A DNA stretch of 64,000 nucleotides from assembly GCA_041751875.1 (NCBI GenBank), contig JBGSIC010000018.1, positions 32,723 through 96,722 on the forward strand, given 5' to 3'. A program made the position numbers and the translations under genes. The notes beneath the pieces were generated by a model, which saw only the letters and a program-made list of their open reading frames with translations, was not told where the DNA came from and searched no databases. This DNA is from Bdellovibrionota bacterium. GTDB taxonomy: Bacteria; Bdellovibrionota; FAC87; UBA2466; JACKAF01. Shown one piece after another: positions 54,001 through 63,249 of this stretch (position 1 is its first letter; each line of letters opens with the position of its first letter).

Positions 54001-56523
54001 ATGATCCAGACTCTCGCTAAAAAAGTTTTTGGCAGCGCCAATGAGCGCTACGTAAAGCGCCTGCGTCCCTTGCTTGAACAGATCGCAGGCTATGAAAGCC
54101 AACTGCAAACCCTTTCCTCGGAGCAACTCGCCGCAAAAACGGTGAGCTTTCGTGAAAAGTTGCAGAGTGGTGCTACGCTCAACGATATTTTGCCTGAGGC
54201 ATTTGCGGTAGTACGTGAAACCTCTCAACGCGTTCTGGGAATGCGTCATTTCGACGTTCAGCTTATTGGCGGGATTGTGCTTCACGAAGGCAAAGTTGCC
54301 GAAATGAAGACCGGTGAAGGCAAGACTCTCATGGCCACCCTCCCGGTTTACCTCAACGCGCTCGCCGGGCTCGGTGTGCACGTGGTCACCGTCAACGATT
54401 ATCTCGCTAAACGTGACAGCGAATGGATGGGCCAGGTTTATCAGGCTCTGGGTTTGACGGTCGGTTGCATTGTTCATGGCCTTAACGATCGGCAGCGCCG
54501 TGAGAGTTATGCGGCTGACGTTACCTATGGCACGAATAACGAATTTGGTTTTGATTATCTGCGCGACAACATGAAGTTTCGCTTGGAAGACTACGTCCAG
54601 CGCGAACTCAACTACTGCATTGTCGATGAAGTGGATTCCATTTTAATTGATGAGGCGCGCACGCCCTTGATCATTAGTGGGCCTACGGAAGATTCCACCG
54701 ACAAGTACTACATCATCAACGCGATTTTACCGGGCCTGAAGAAAGAAGAAGATTTTACGATTGAAGAGAAGTCGCGAACAAGCGCTCTGACCGAAGCGGG
54801 TGTCGGCAAAGTGGAAAAAGCCCTTCGCGTGGATAACTTGTACGCGCCGGAAAATATTGAGTTAGTTCATCACGTTCACCAAGCCTTAAAGGCCCATGCC
54901 ATTTTCAAGCGCGATGTGGATTACGTAGTGAAAGATGGCCAGGTAATCATCGTTGATGAATTTACCGGTCGTCTTATGCCGGGCCGTCGCTATAGTGATG
55001 GACTCCACCAGGCGCTCGAAGCCAAAGAGAACGTCAAAATTGAGAACGAGAACCAGACACTCGCAACGATAACGTTCCAGAACTATTTTCGCATGTACAA
55101 AAAGTTGTCTGGCATGACGGGTACCGCCGATACCGAAGCGGCTGAATTCCAGAAAATTTACAATCTAGAAGTGATGGTGATTCCCACCAACCGGCCCATG
55201 GTGCGCCAAGATCATGCGGATGTGGTGTACAAGAACGAAGCAGCGAAGTTGCGTGCCATAGCCAAAGAAATTCAGGAAATGCAGCAAAAAGGGCAACCGG
55301 TTTTGGTTGGTACCACTTCCATCGAGAAGTCTGAACGCTTAAGTGAAGTGCTGAAACGCACGGGCGTGCAGCACCACGTACTAAACGCGAAGCAACATGA
55401 GCGCGAAGCAGAAATTGTCGCGAACGCGGGACAGAAGGGCTCGGTAACGATTGCCACTGCGATGGCTGGTCGCGGAACGGACATTGTGCTTGGCGAGGGC
55501 GTGGCTCAGATGGGCGGCCTACATATTATCGGAAACGAACGACACGAATCGCGACGCATCGATAATCAGTTCCGAGGGCGATCGGGTCGTCAGGGAGACC
55601 CTGGCTCCAGCCGTTTTTACCTCTCATTGGAAGATGACCTTTTGCGTATTTTCCAGGGTGAAAAAATTAAAGGTTACATGGAACGCTTCAATATGGAGGA
55701 GGACGTCCCCATTGAGTCGAAGCTGATTTCACGCGCGATTGAAAACGCGCAAAAGAAAGTAGAATCTCACAACTTCGATATTCGTAAGCATCTCCTCGAA
55801 TATGACGATGTGCTCAATAAGCAGCGTGAGGTCGTATACGAGCTGCGAAAACTTATTCTTTCGGGACAAAACACACGCGCGCTTATTTTGGACATTATTC
55901 GGGAGCAGGTAGATGGCGTGGTCGGAACCTTCGCTTCTACGAAGCTCAAAGCGGAGTGGGATCTTAAGGGACTTACCGAGACACTGCAGTTTTTGTTCGA
56001 CAATGATCTGGGACTTGCTGCCGGAGCGCCGGACCAAGTAGAAAACTCGGATCAATTTGCGGATTGGATCTACGAGCAAGGAGTCAAAGCGTACGAAGCG
56101 CGAGAGCAGTCGATGACTCCCGACGTGATGCGCCAGCTCGAAGAGTGGGTTTATTTGGGTACGATTGACCAGTTGTGGAAGGATCACCTTCTCAACATGG
56201 ATCACCTCAAAGAAGGCGTGGGGCTTCGGGGCTACGGGCAAAAAGATCCTTTGGTCGAATACAAGAAAGAGGGGTTTGAGCTCTTTAAGCTGATGGACGA
56301 GCAGGTTAAAACTGACGTCCTTAGCAAACTGTTCCGTGTTCAGGTGAATCGGCAAGAACAGGTGGAAGACCTGCAGCCCAAAGAACAAAAAATGACCCTT
56401 TCTCGTGGCGAAGCTGCGGGTAGCGCTGAGGCGCCAACCCGTCGACAGGATGAAAAAGTGGGTCGCAATGATCCGTGTCCGTGCGGTAGCGGCAAAAAAT
56501 TTAAAAAGTGTCACGGGGCCTAA
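54001..56523 (+). CDS. secA: preprotein translocase ATPase SecA
   Basis: 840 aa. DEAD-like motor motifs ([27 protein letters not shown]). C-terminal zinc finger [14 protein letters not shown]. Confidence 0.95.
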   Translation: MIQTLAKKVFGSANERYVKRLRPLLEQIAGYESQLQTLSSEQLAAKTVSFREKLQSGATLNDILPEAFAVVRETSQRVLGMRHFDVQLIGGIVLHEGKVAEMKTGEGKTLMATLPVYLNALAGLGVHVVTVNDYLAKRDSEWMGQVYQALGLTVGCIVHGLNDRQRRESYAADVTYGTNNEFGFDYLRDNMKFRLEDYVQRELNYCIVDEVDSILIDEARTPLIISGPTEDSTDKYYIINAILPGLKKEEDFTIEEKSRTSALTEAGVGKVEKALRVDNLYAPENIELVHHVHQALKAHAIFKRDVDYVVKDGQVIIVDEFTGRLMPGRRYSDGLHQALEAKENVKIENENQTLATITFQNYFRMYKKLSGMTGTADTEAAEFQKIYNLEVMVIPTNRPMVRQDHADVVYKNEAAKLRAIAKEIQEMQQKGQPVLVGTTSIEKSERLSEVLKRTGVQHHVLNAKQHEREAEIVANAGQKGSVTIATAMAGRGTDIVLGEGVAQMGGLHIIGNERHESRRIDNQFRGRSGRQGDPGSSRFYLSLEDDLLRIFQGEKIKGYMERFNMEEDVPIESKLISRAIENAQKKVESHNFDIRKHLLEYDDVLNKQREVVYELRKLILSGQNTRALILDIIREQVDGVVGTFASTKLKAEWDLKGLTETLQFLFDNDLGLAAGAPDQVENSDQFADWIYEQGVKAYEAREQSMTPDVMRQLEEWVYLGTIDQLWKDHLLNMDHLKEGVGLRGYGQKDPLVEYKKEGFELFKLMDEQVKTDVLSKLFRVQVNRQEQVEDLQPKEQKMTLSRGEAAGSAEAPTRRQDEKVGRNDPCPCGSGKKFKKCHGA

Positions 56524-56525
56524 CA

Positions 56526-57266
56526 GTGGATTCCATTTGCCCTAAATGCCTCAGCCAGTTGCAACACGAAGAAGGCATGAGCAATGTCACGTGTCAGGTC
56601 TGCGGGACGCAGTATGATCCGCGAGAGGAAACAGGTGATCTGCCTCCGTTGGATATGGCTTTCACCCGAGAAGAGAGCAGCGAGGAAGTTTCGCACGCGG
56701 CAGGCCTTCGCACCCCTCTGAACGAACTCCCCACCAATGAGGGCGATAGCGGCGATTTTGAGGAAGTAAAGCTACCTGCCATTGATAACGCGATGGACGA
56801 GATGGAGAGCGAGAACCTGCCTCCCGTAGATGAACTCGACCCGTTTAGTCAGGGCGACAAGGCTAAAGATTTTCAACAGAGCGAATCGGTGTTCGAAGAA
56901 CTTCGTAATTTTGGCGAATCTCTCCAAGAAGACGAAGAGGATATTGAGAAAACCAATCCGACGCAGGGGTCAGCAAAGTTGCCCCAATCCCCTGCTGCAC
57001 CGAAGGCAAGTGGTGGCGGACTCGCGATGACATCGGCCCCTGTTCTCCAGGGGTTTAAGATTGGCCATTATTTCACACCCGTTTCCCTTTCAGCCGCGGT
57101 GAAAAGGGATGCCGAAGAACCTCTCAAAGAGGCGTTTGGTAAATTCAATCAGAAAGTCTCAGAAACGGGCGCAAACGCCGTGGTCGATCTCAAATGGAAT
57201 TTATCGGGAGACGGCTCCAAGGTTTTGATTTGCGGAACGCCCGTGAAATGCGTTAAGGAGAGCTAG
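56526..57266 (+). CDS. zinc-ribbon plus UPF0145/YbjQ-like domain protein
   Basis: CPKC...CQVC ribbon, acidic linker, and C-terminal ...GANAVVDLKWNLSGDGSKVLICGTPVKC resembling the YbjQ fold. GTG starts at 56508 or 56526, abutting the secA stop. Confidence 0.55.
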   Translation: MDSICPKCLSQLQHEEGMSNVTCQVCGTQYDPREETGDLPPLDMAFTREESSEEVSHAAGLRTPLNELPTNEGDSGDFEEVKLPAIDNAMDEMESENLPPVDELDPFSQGDKAKDFQQSESVFEELRNFGESLQEDEEDIEKTNPTQGSAKLPQSPAAPKASGGGLAMTSAPVLQGFKIGHYFTPVSLSAAVKRDAEEPLKEAFGKFNQKVSETGANAVVDLKWNLSGDGSKVLICGTPVKCVKES

Positions 57267-57375
57267 GCCAGGTGCCTGCTGTCTGAAAAAGTGCCAGGTC
57301 ACTTTCCGTACTTCGTCCGGAAAGTGCACAGGCACCTTTTCCGAAACGGCTGGCACCTTTTCCCAAAGGTGTAGC
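57267..57375. repeat. palindromic intergenic repeat element, copy A (about 90 bp)
   Basis: About 85 % identical to the reverse complement of 60931..61025. Internal hairpin CACTTTCCG-N9-CGGAAAGTG and direct repeat GGCACCTTTTCC x2. Confidence 0.6.
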
Positions 57376-57430
57376 TCTGAAACCACGCACCCCCGATCTC
57401 CGTCCTCTTACTTCCCGAGCGCTTACCAGT

Positions 57431-57892
57431 GTGATGGATACCCTACGTGCCGAGTTTCCCGGCACTCATGTGCTCGACCTTTACAGCGGAAAAGGCCGAT
57501 TTGGTTTCGGGGCGCTTGAGGAGGGAGCCAAGCGTGTTAGCTTCGTGGAAAAAAGTCCCAACGAGGCAGAAACACTAAAAAAGGAAGGGAAGAAATGGGC
57601 TGAAGGGTGCCGTGTGTTTTCAAACGATGTGTTTGCGTACCTTCACCGCGCGAAGGAAGAAAACTCTGTTTTCGATATTGTATTTGCCGATCCGCCGTTC
57701 CGCTTGTGGGAAGGTAAGTATTCGGAAGAATTGGTGAATGCGGTTCTGCCGGTGCTAAAGAAGCCGGCAATTTTTCTTGTGAGACACCCTAAGAAGGTGG
57801 TAGTTTCCTTTGCGATTCCGGCCTTGGAGGAGTGGAAAACTTCGATTTTTGGGGACTCCAAGCTGATTTATTTTTCCCATGTAGGTGGTTAG
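57431..57892 (+). CDS. rsmD: 16S rRNA (guanine966-N2)-methyltransferase RsmD (apparently 5'-truncated)
   Basis: VLDLYSGKGRFGFGALEEGA...DIVFADPPF match RsmD motifs. The in-frame upstream sequence (57365-57430) encodes the RsmD-like KGVALKPRTPDLRPLTSR but has no start codon, and further upstream is the repeat element. Confidence 0.7.
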   Translation: MMDTLRAEFPGTHVLDLYSGKGRFGFGALEEGAKRVSFVEKSPNEAETLKKEGKKWAEGCRVFSNDVFAYLHRAKEENSVFDIVFADPPFRLWEGKYSEELVNAVLPVLKKPAIFLVRHPKKVVVSFAIPALEEWKTSIFGDSKLIYFSHVGG

Positions 57893-58371
57893 TGTCTCGC
57901 GTTGCGGTTTATCCAGGAACTTTTGATCCCATCACAAACGGTCACGTTGATCTCGTAAACCGGGCTCTGACCGTTTTTGATAAAGTCATCATTCTCGTCG
58001 CGCATTCTGGCAAAAAGACACCCCTCTTTGACCCCAAAACCCGTATGGAGCTCATTCGAGAGTGCTTTCCCGGCAACGGTCGTATCGAGGTCGATCAATA
58101 CGAAGGACTTTTGGTCGACTACGCCAAGAAAAAAAATATTCTTACTGTGTTACGCGGGCTTCGTGCCGTTTCAGATTTTGAGTACGAATTTCAAATGTCG
58201 ACGATCAATCGGCGCATGTACCCACAGATGCAAACCTTTCTTCTTATGGCATCGGAGAATTATTTTTTCGTCAATTCTACCTTGGTGAAGGAAGTTCTTT
58301 CTCACGGAGGGGATATTTCGGAAATGGTTCCCGCACACGTGAATCAGAAACTGAAGGAAAAATTATGTTGA
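57892..58371 (+). CDS. coaD: phosphopantetheine adenylyltransferase
   Basis: GTG start overlaps the rsmD TAG (TAGTG) after an AGGTGG SD. MSRVAVYPGTFDPITNGH matches the CoaD N-terminus. Confidence 0.9.
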   Translation: MSRVAVYPGTFDPITNGHVDLVNRALTVFDKVIILVAHSGKKTPLFDPKTRMELIRECFPGNGRIEVDQYEGLLVDYAKKKNILTVLRGLRAVSDFEYEFQMSTINRRMYPQMQTFLLMASENYFFVNSTLVKEVLSHGGDISEMVPAHVNQKLKEKLC

Positions 58372-59546
58372 AGTATTCGAATCGGACTCAGTCGCTTAAG
58401 CCGAGTTCGACCATGGAAATTACGGCGAAAGCGGCGCAGCTTCGCGCTGAGGGCGTCGACGTGATTAGCCTTGCGGCGGGAGAACCTGACTTTAATACGC
58501 CAGTTGAAATTCAGCAGGCCGCAACGGAAGCCATGGCGAAGGGCATTACGCGCTATACGCCGGCGGCGGGTTTCTTAGCCTTGAGGGAAGCGATCGCCCA
58601 GAAGGTAAGTGAAGAAAATAATTTCCCCGTAAAGCCCACGGAAGTGGTGGTGACTTCGGGTGCGAAGTACGCCCTTTACCTGGCGTTGCAGTGTTTGGTG
58701 GAAGAGGGAGAATGCGTGCTGGTTCCGACCCCGGCATGGGTGAGCTATCAAGCCATGATTGAGCTCGCCGGCGCCTCGATTGTGCCCTTGCCCCTATTTG
58801 AGGAAGACGGATTTCGGGCCAATGTGGATCGTTGGAAAGGGATGGCCATCCCCAAGAATGCGCGCGGGATCATTCTCAACTCTCCCAACAACCCCACCGG
58901 TGTGGTGTACAACAAAGAAGACCTGGTGAAGATCGTCAGCTGGGCGCTGCAGCGAGATTTGTGGGTGATGAGTGACGAGGTATACGAGAAAATTTTGTTC
59001 GACGGAGTCACTCACACTAGCGTGGCATCTCTCGGACCGGAAGTGAAAGATCACACCATCACCATCAGCAGCGTTTCCAAAACTTACGCCATGACGGGGT
59101 GGCGTGTGGGCTGGGCCATTGCGCAGACCCCTCTGGCGCAAAAAATGGCCGCGTTGCAGAGCCAGAGCACGAGCAACGTGACGAGCTTTGCCCAAATGGC
59201 GACCCTCGCCGCTTTTAATATGAAAAAAGAATCTGTCGACCAGATGCTTTCGGTTTTCGAAAAGCGCCGTGCCTACTGCGAGCAGCGACTAGACCGTTTA
59301 TCCCAGTACATCAGCTATGTTCGTCCTCAGGGAGCCTTTTATTTCTTTCTCAACCTCTCGCGCTGGCTAGATGATCGCAAGATGTCGGACTTAGACTTCT
59401 GCAAGGTACTGCTCGACAAAGCCCATGTGGGGATGGTTCCCGGTACCGCGTTTGGTAAGGAAAAGTTCGCGCGCATGAGCTACGCGACTTCCGATGCTAA
59501 TCTCGAGAAAGCCTTCGACCGTATTGAAAAGTTTCTTAAAGCCTAG
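58365..59546 (+). CDS. class I/II PLP-dependent aminotransferase (aspartate aminotransferase-like)
   Basis: 393 aa. The SKTYAMTGWRVGW region contains the PLP-Lys. Overall AspB/AspC-like pattern. Confidence 0.85.
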   Translation: MLKYSNRTQSLKPSSTMEITAKAAQLRAEGVDVISLAAGEPDFNTPVEIQQAATEAMAKGITRYTPAAGFLALREAIAQKVSEENNFPVKPTEVVVTSGAKYALYLALQCLVEEGECVLVPTPAWVSYQAMIELAGASIVPLPLFEEDGFRANVDRWKGMAIPKNARGIILNSPNNPTGVVYNKEDLVKIVSWALQRDLWVMSDEVYEKILFDGVTHTSVASLGPEVKDHTITISSVSKTYAMTGWRVGWAIAQTPLAQKMAALQSQSTSNVTSFAQMATLAAFNMKKESVDQMLSVFEKRRAYCEQRLDRLSQYISYVRPQGAFYFFLNLSRWLDDRKMSDLDFCKVLLDKAHVGMVPGTAFGKEKFARMSYATSDANLEKAFDRIEKFLKA

Positions 59547-59560
59547 GCCCTAAACCTGTT

Positions 59561-60904
59561 TTAGAACGCGTTGCCGAATTCCACGTTGAATGTGGTGCCT
59601 TCTCGCGAAAGACCAAAGTCGGCGCGCAAGACCATTCGGTAGTTCCAAATGGAACGAAGCCCCAGCCCCACCGCTCCATGAAAGGGGCCGAACGTGACAG
59701 GTTGGTTTTTGTTCCACACGCGGGCAATATCTAGAAACGGAACAAACCCCACTGTGACTCTTTGGCGTTTGAAATAAAAAGTAATCGGATCCCAACGCAT
59801 TTCAACACTCGTCGCAAACTTGATATCGCCGATATATTGGTTTTCATAAACACCGCGCAAAAAGCGCGAAAAGCCAAAGCCTTGCGAAGGGTCTTGACCC
59901 CCGGTAGACCCGAGTTCGTAAAAGGGCGTATTGCCTACCATGGCTTCGAAAAAAGTTCGGTGCGCCAAGGTAAGAGTGCGATCCAAAGGCCAGTACTTAC
60001 GAAACGTATAGGTTCCACGAAAGAAATTGTAGTCGCTGCCAATGACGTTGTTGTAAATCGTCAAGTAAAGCTCGTGTGACGTTCCCCGCGCCGGGTAAGG
60101 CTCGAAATCGGTGGTGTCATTGATGATGGCAACGCCTAGGTAATTGGTGCGCCCACCCGCGATCCCCACGGGTTTTTCGATGTCCATCAAACTTCCCGTC
60201 GGATAGCTAATCGTCGTAGTTGCCACACCAAAAACCGGTCCGATTGTCAGGTATTTTCCGAAGCGCTTTAAAACTTCCACATCCAGACGCGGTTGCAGGC
60301 GGGTGTTGAGATAAATGGGATTTTCATTTTCCACCCAGTCATCGTTCACGTCAGTCGTGTTCGAAATACCAAAATAGCGGCGCATGATATCGCGGTTGAG
60401 ACTGACGCGTCCTCTAATGCGAAACTGGCCATCGAAAGCGTGCGGTGAATCCACCAAAAGAAAGTGGCGCATTCGACCGCGATCGCTGGCGAGCACCTGC
60501 CCGGAGAGCTTAAGTTTGTGAGGATCCTGGCGGCGAATGTTGTAGAGAGAAACGTGCACACCGAGGTTACTACCCTGGTGTTTGGTAATAAAGAAAATGG
60601 GCAAACCTTGCACAGTCCAAGGATCACCCATGAGTTCAAATGATTTCTTTTTGATGAGTCGATCGAGACTCAATACCGCTTTTTCCCCCAGACTTGTGAC
60701 GGCCGGGGGAGGCGTGACGGCCTCTAGTACCGTGTTGAGTGGGCTGCGCGTGGGCGGTTTCGCAACGGCTTTGTACTTTTGGGATGAGGCCGGTCGGCGA
60801 ACAGGGGGTTGTTTTTTTAGGGCCTTTTTTTTGGCGGCTTCCCCCTGGGGACACACAGCCGCACACGCCAGAAAAAGGCAAAGCAATACAACGCGTCGCA
60901 ACAT
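59561..60904 (-). CDS. Omp85/Bac_surface_Ag-family outer-membrane beta-barrel protein with Lys/Pro-rich N-terminal extension
   Basis: C-terminal blocks LRGVYENQYIGD, PFLDIARVW and TFNVEFGNAF align with BamA/TamA barrel motifs. Signal peptide from Met at 60904. Confidence 0.65.
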   Translation of the reverse strand: MLRRVVLLCLFLACAAVCPQGEAAKKKALKKQPPVRRPASSQKYKAVAKPPTRSPLNTVLEAVTPPPAVTSLGEKAVLSLDRLIKKKSFELMGDPWTVQGLPIFFITKHQGSNLGVHVSLYNIRRQDPHKLKLSGQVLASDRGRMRHFLLVDSPHAFDGQFRIRGRVSLNRDIMRRYFGISNTTDVNDDWVENENPIYLNTRLQPRLDVEVLKRFGKYLTIGPVFGVATTTISYPTGSLMDIEKPVGIAGGRTNYLGVAIINDTTDFEPYPARGTSHELYLTIYNNVIGSDYNFFRGTYTFRKYWPLDRTLTLAHRTFFEAMVGNTPFYELGSTGGQDPSQGFGFSRFLRGVYENQYIGDIKFATSVEMRWDPITFYFKRQRVTVGFVPFLDIARVWNKNQPVTFGPFHGAVGLGLRSIWNYRMVLRADFGLSREGTTFNVEFGNAF

Positions 60905-60930
60905 GGCGGCCTGGATCTTCACGACCTGAC

Positions 60931-61025
60931 ATTGTCTTCGAAGCGAAGGTGCCTGTCTACTTTTGGAAGGTGTCTGTGCACTTTCGGGACGAAGTACCGA
61001 AAGTGACCTGACACCTTTCCGGTCT
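60931..61025. repeat. palindromic intergenic repeat element, copy B (inverted relative to copy A)
   Basis: Lies between two outer-membrane protein genes. Hairpin CACTTTCGGG-N8-CCGAAAGTG. Confidence 0.6.
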
Positions 61026-61660
61026 TAGAACTGAAAGGTAAGCGCCAGCCCACCGAAGAATCCCGACAGATCAAAATCCGCGGCGCCCGCGAGGTAGGGA
61101 GCGCCACCATTGTTCAGTGCGCCCAGATTGGCGAAGCGGTAGCCTGCGTAGAAAGCAAAAGAATGAAGACTACTAAAATGAATCCCCAGTTGGACGCGAG
61201 CGAAATACGCAAGCGGAGAGGTGACGGGAGAAAAAGTCCCCGTGGTGCTCTGAATTTCCGCATTGAGTGGATAATTTAGCCCCGCACTAAAGAGGAAATA
61301 CATGCGGTCCCGTTCTTTAAGAAAACCAATTTCCCCCCCCACGGTTTGGTAGTTCAGCGTGTCTTCTTGAACGGGTCCTCCTGTCATAAAGACCCGTTTG
61401 GCGAGCCAGTGATCAAAATTTAAGGTAAGGAGCCAATTGCGATAAAGCAAAACTCCGATGCCTCCACCGACCACAAAGCCTTCGCTAAATTTTGTCGTGT
61501 ACGTCGCTCCCGAATCGTTGTCCGCCGCCGACGAGGTGAGCGGGAACTCTCCCCGTAGCTGCACCACCCATTGGAAGTCCTTGGTCGGCTTCCTCCAACG
61601 GGCATGGGCCTCCCCGGGAACGAAAAGGAAAACCGCCATAATAAGGACAAAAAAGCGCAT
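61025..61660 (-). CDS. small outer-membrane beta-barrel protein (OmpA-like/OmpW-like, hypothetical)
   Basis: Signal peptide MRFFVLIMAVFLFVPGEAHA. Alternating strands. C-terminal ...LTFQF. Confidence 0.5.
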   Translation of the reverse strand: MRFFVLIMAVFLFVPGEAHARWRKPTKDFQWVVQLRGEFPLTSSAADNDSGATYTTKFSEGFVVGGGIGVLLYRNWLLTLNFDHWLAKRVFMTGGPVQEDTLNYQTVGGEIGFLKERDRMYFLFSAGLNYPLNAEIQSTTGTFSPVTSPLAYFARVQLGIHFSSLHSFAFYAGYRFANLGALNNGGAPYLAGAADFDLSGFFGGLALTFQF

Positions 61661-61740
61661 GTCCTTTCCTATCGGCAGAATTCGCTCTAAAGTAAAAGAG
61701 AAGCATTTAAAGGTGTTTACGCCATTTTGAGGGCCCCTAG

Positions 61741-62340
61741 ATGACGCCTAGAGCGCGGTACTCCGCTTTTTTAAACGTATTGTTTCCGGGTTTGGGACAC
61801 GTTTACATCGGCGAGTACTCTCGTGGTTTGGCCCTTTTTGTGGCCTTTGTGCTTCTGCTCTCGATGCCCTTTACGCGCTTTTGCATTCCGCTTTTGGGAA
61901 TTTACGCCGGCTGGGAAAGTTTCAAGCGGGCGGGCGGAAAGGACAGAGATTCCATCCTGAGTTCCAAAGCTGAGGAAGTGGCCTATCTCAAAGAGTCCTT
62001 CCCACGCGCACGACTGCCCCTCTATCTGCTGGTGGGAGCCTTAGGGGCAACGTGTTGGCTTTTGGCGCTCTATCCCTTTAGCGGCGACGCTGGGCGCTCT
62101 GGTCGGGCGGCGGAACAGGCTCGTGGCCTATCCCAGAAAATACGGGCGTGCGAGAATGAAACCGGTGTTCTTCCCCCCACCCTGGAAAACTGTATCCAGC
62201 CTGAAGAAGCAGCTCACCTGCGGACCGATCCGTGGGGCCAGGCCTATCTGTATGAACCTATCGACGGTGGCTTTGAAATTCGTTCCAAAGGCCCTGATCT
62301 GCGGTCTCGCACGGCAGACGATCTCATCTATATCTTTTAA
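61741..62340 (+). CDS. membrane protein with C-terminal T2SS GspG-like (pseudopilin globular) domain
   Basis: C-terminus DPWGQAYLYEPIDGGFEIRSKGPDLRSRTADDLIY matches the GspG C-domain pattern (DPWGxxYxY...G.DG...DDI). The N-terminus has TM helices but no prepilin cleavage motif. Confidence 0.5.
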   Translation: MTPRARYSAFLNVLFPGLGHVYIGEYSRGLALFVAFVLLLSMPFTRFCIPLLGIYAGWESFKRAGGKDRDSILSSKAEEVAYLKESFPRARLPLYLLVGALGATCWLLALYPFSGDAGRSGRAAEQARGLSQKIRACENETGVLPPTLENCIQPEEAAHLRTDPWGQAYLYEPIDGGFEIRSKGPDLRSRTADDLIYIF

Positions 62341-62415
62341 CTTATCGCACCTAGACCGCATGGGGTTCACTTGACCCAGGCAGGGGCGCGTGGTGGTGTG
62401 GAGTTAGGTTTGATT

Positions 62416-63174
62416 ATGCAGTCGATTGTTTTTACAAGCTGCTTGGGTGTAGCACTTCTTTTTCCCGGCTCCTCCGCAGCAAACATGGAGGAAAACTCCC
62501 ATCCTGTGGTTGAGCCTCTTGATCTGGAACAAGCACTTCCCGCTCTTTTGCAAAATTGGAATTCAGAAGAAGAGAAACAACGCCGCGAAGTGTTTGCGAT
62601 AGTCGATAAGTTATCGGAGCAAGCTCCACGGAGAGCACTCGATCTCATTTGGGAGCACCGAAAAGTTTCAAAGACAGAAGGCGACGAAGCGGCCCTAAGT
62701 CAGCTCTATGATCACCTGGCTCAACGAGTGGTGCGAGAGCAACTGCCCAGCAACTCAGCTCGTCAGCAGATTCCCGATACGCGTATTGAGAACACACTGG
62801 GTTCCGTAGACGTTTATTTTGTACCGAGCCTAAAGTTTGCTGCGGAATGGGAAGTTTACCTGCGACCCAAATCCTTTTTGGAAGGCCAAACCCAGATGCT
62901 CGTCAATTTTGGTGTGTTGGACCCGGCCACTTTTGAGGTCGTTTATCTGCGCAAGGAAGTCTTGATAGAAAAAGGGCGCCTTAGTTTTGTCGGGAGCTTT
63001 TCTCGCTTTTACTGGGCCAACGACGGCACGAGTTTCTTGGTGGAATCCTTCGATGAAGGGCGCGCCGACCAAGCCCACCGATTTGTGTTTTTTCGCCGGG
63101 CTACCCCCATAGCCCCTCCCAAAGCCCAATCTCCCGTTCCCCAGGTTCTCCAGAGTGTTGATACGGTTGAATAA
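62416..63174 (+). CDS. secreted hypothetical protein
   Basis: Signal peptide MQSIVFTSCLGVALLFPGSSAA from the internal Met. No known motif. Confidence 0.4.
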   Translation: MQSIVFTSCLGVALLFPGSSAANMEENSHPVVEPLDLEQALPALLQNWNSEEEKQRREVFAIVDKLSEQAPRRALDLIWEHRKVSKTEGDEAALSQLYDHLAQRVVREQLPSNSARQQIPDTRIENTLGSVDVYFVPSLKFAAEWEVYLRPKSFLEGQTQMLVNFGVLDPATFEVVYLRKEVLIEKGRLSFVGSFSRFYWANDGTSFLVESFDEGRADQAHRFVFFRRATPIAPPKAQSPVPQVLQSVDTVE

Positions 63175-63249
63175 ATTCGGCTCCTGTGGTGCCGAGGAAT
63201 GTCACTTGAGAGTAGGGTGCCAGATTCTGTACAATGCGCCTTCTTAACA

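Noticed and set aside
57267-61025. CRISPR array or other regularly spaced repeat structure
   Set aside because: Only two full copies and one mini-copy, in opposite orientations, 3.6 kb and 17 kb apart, without conserved spacing. They behave as dispersed palindromic elements, not an array.
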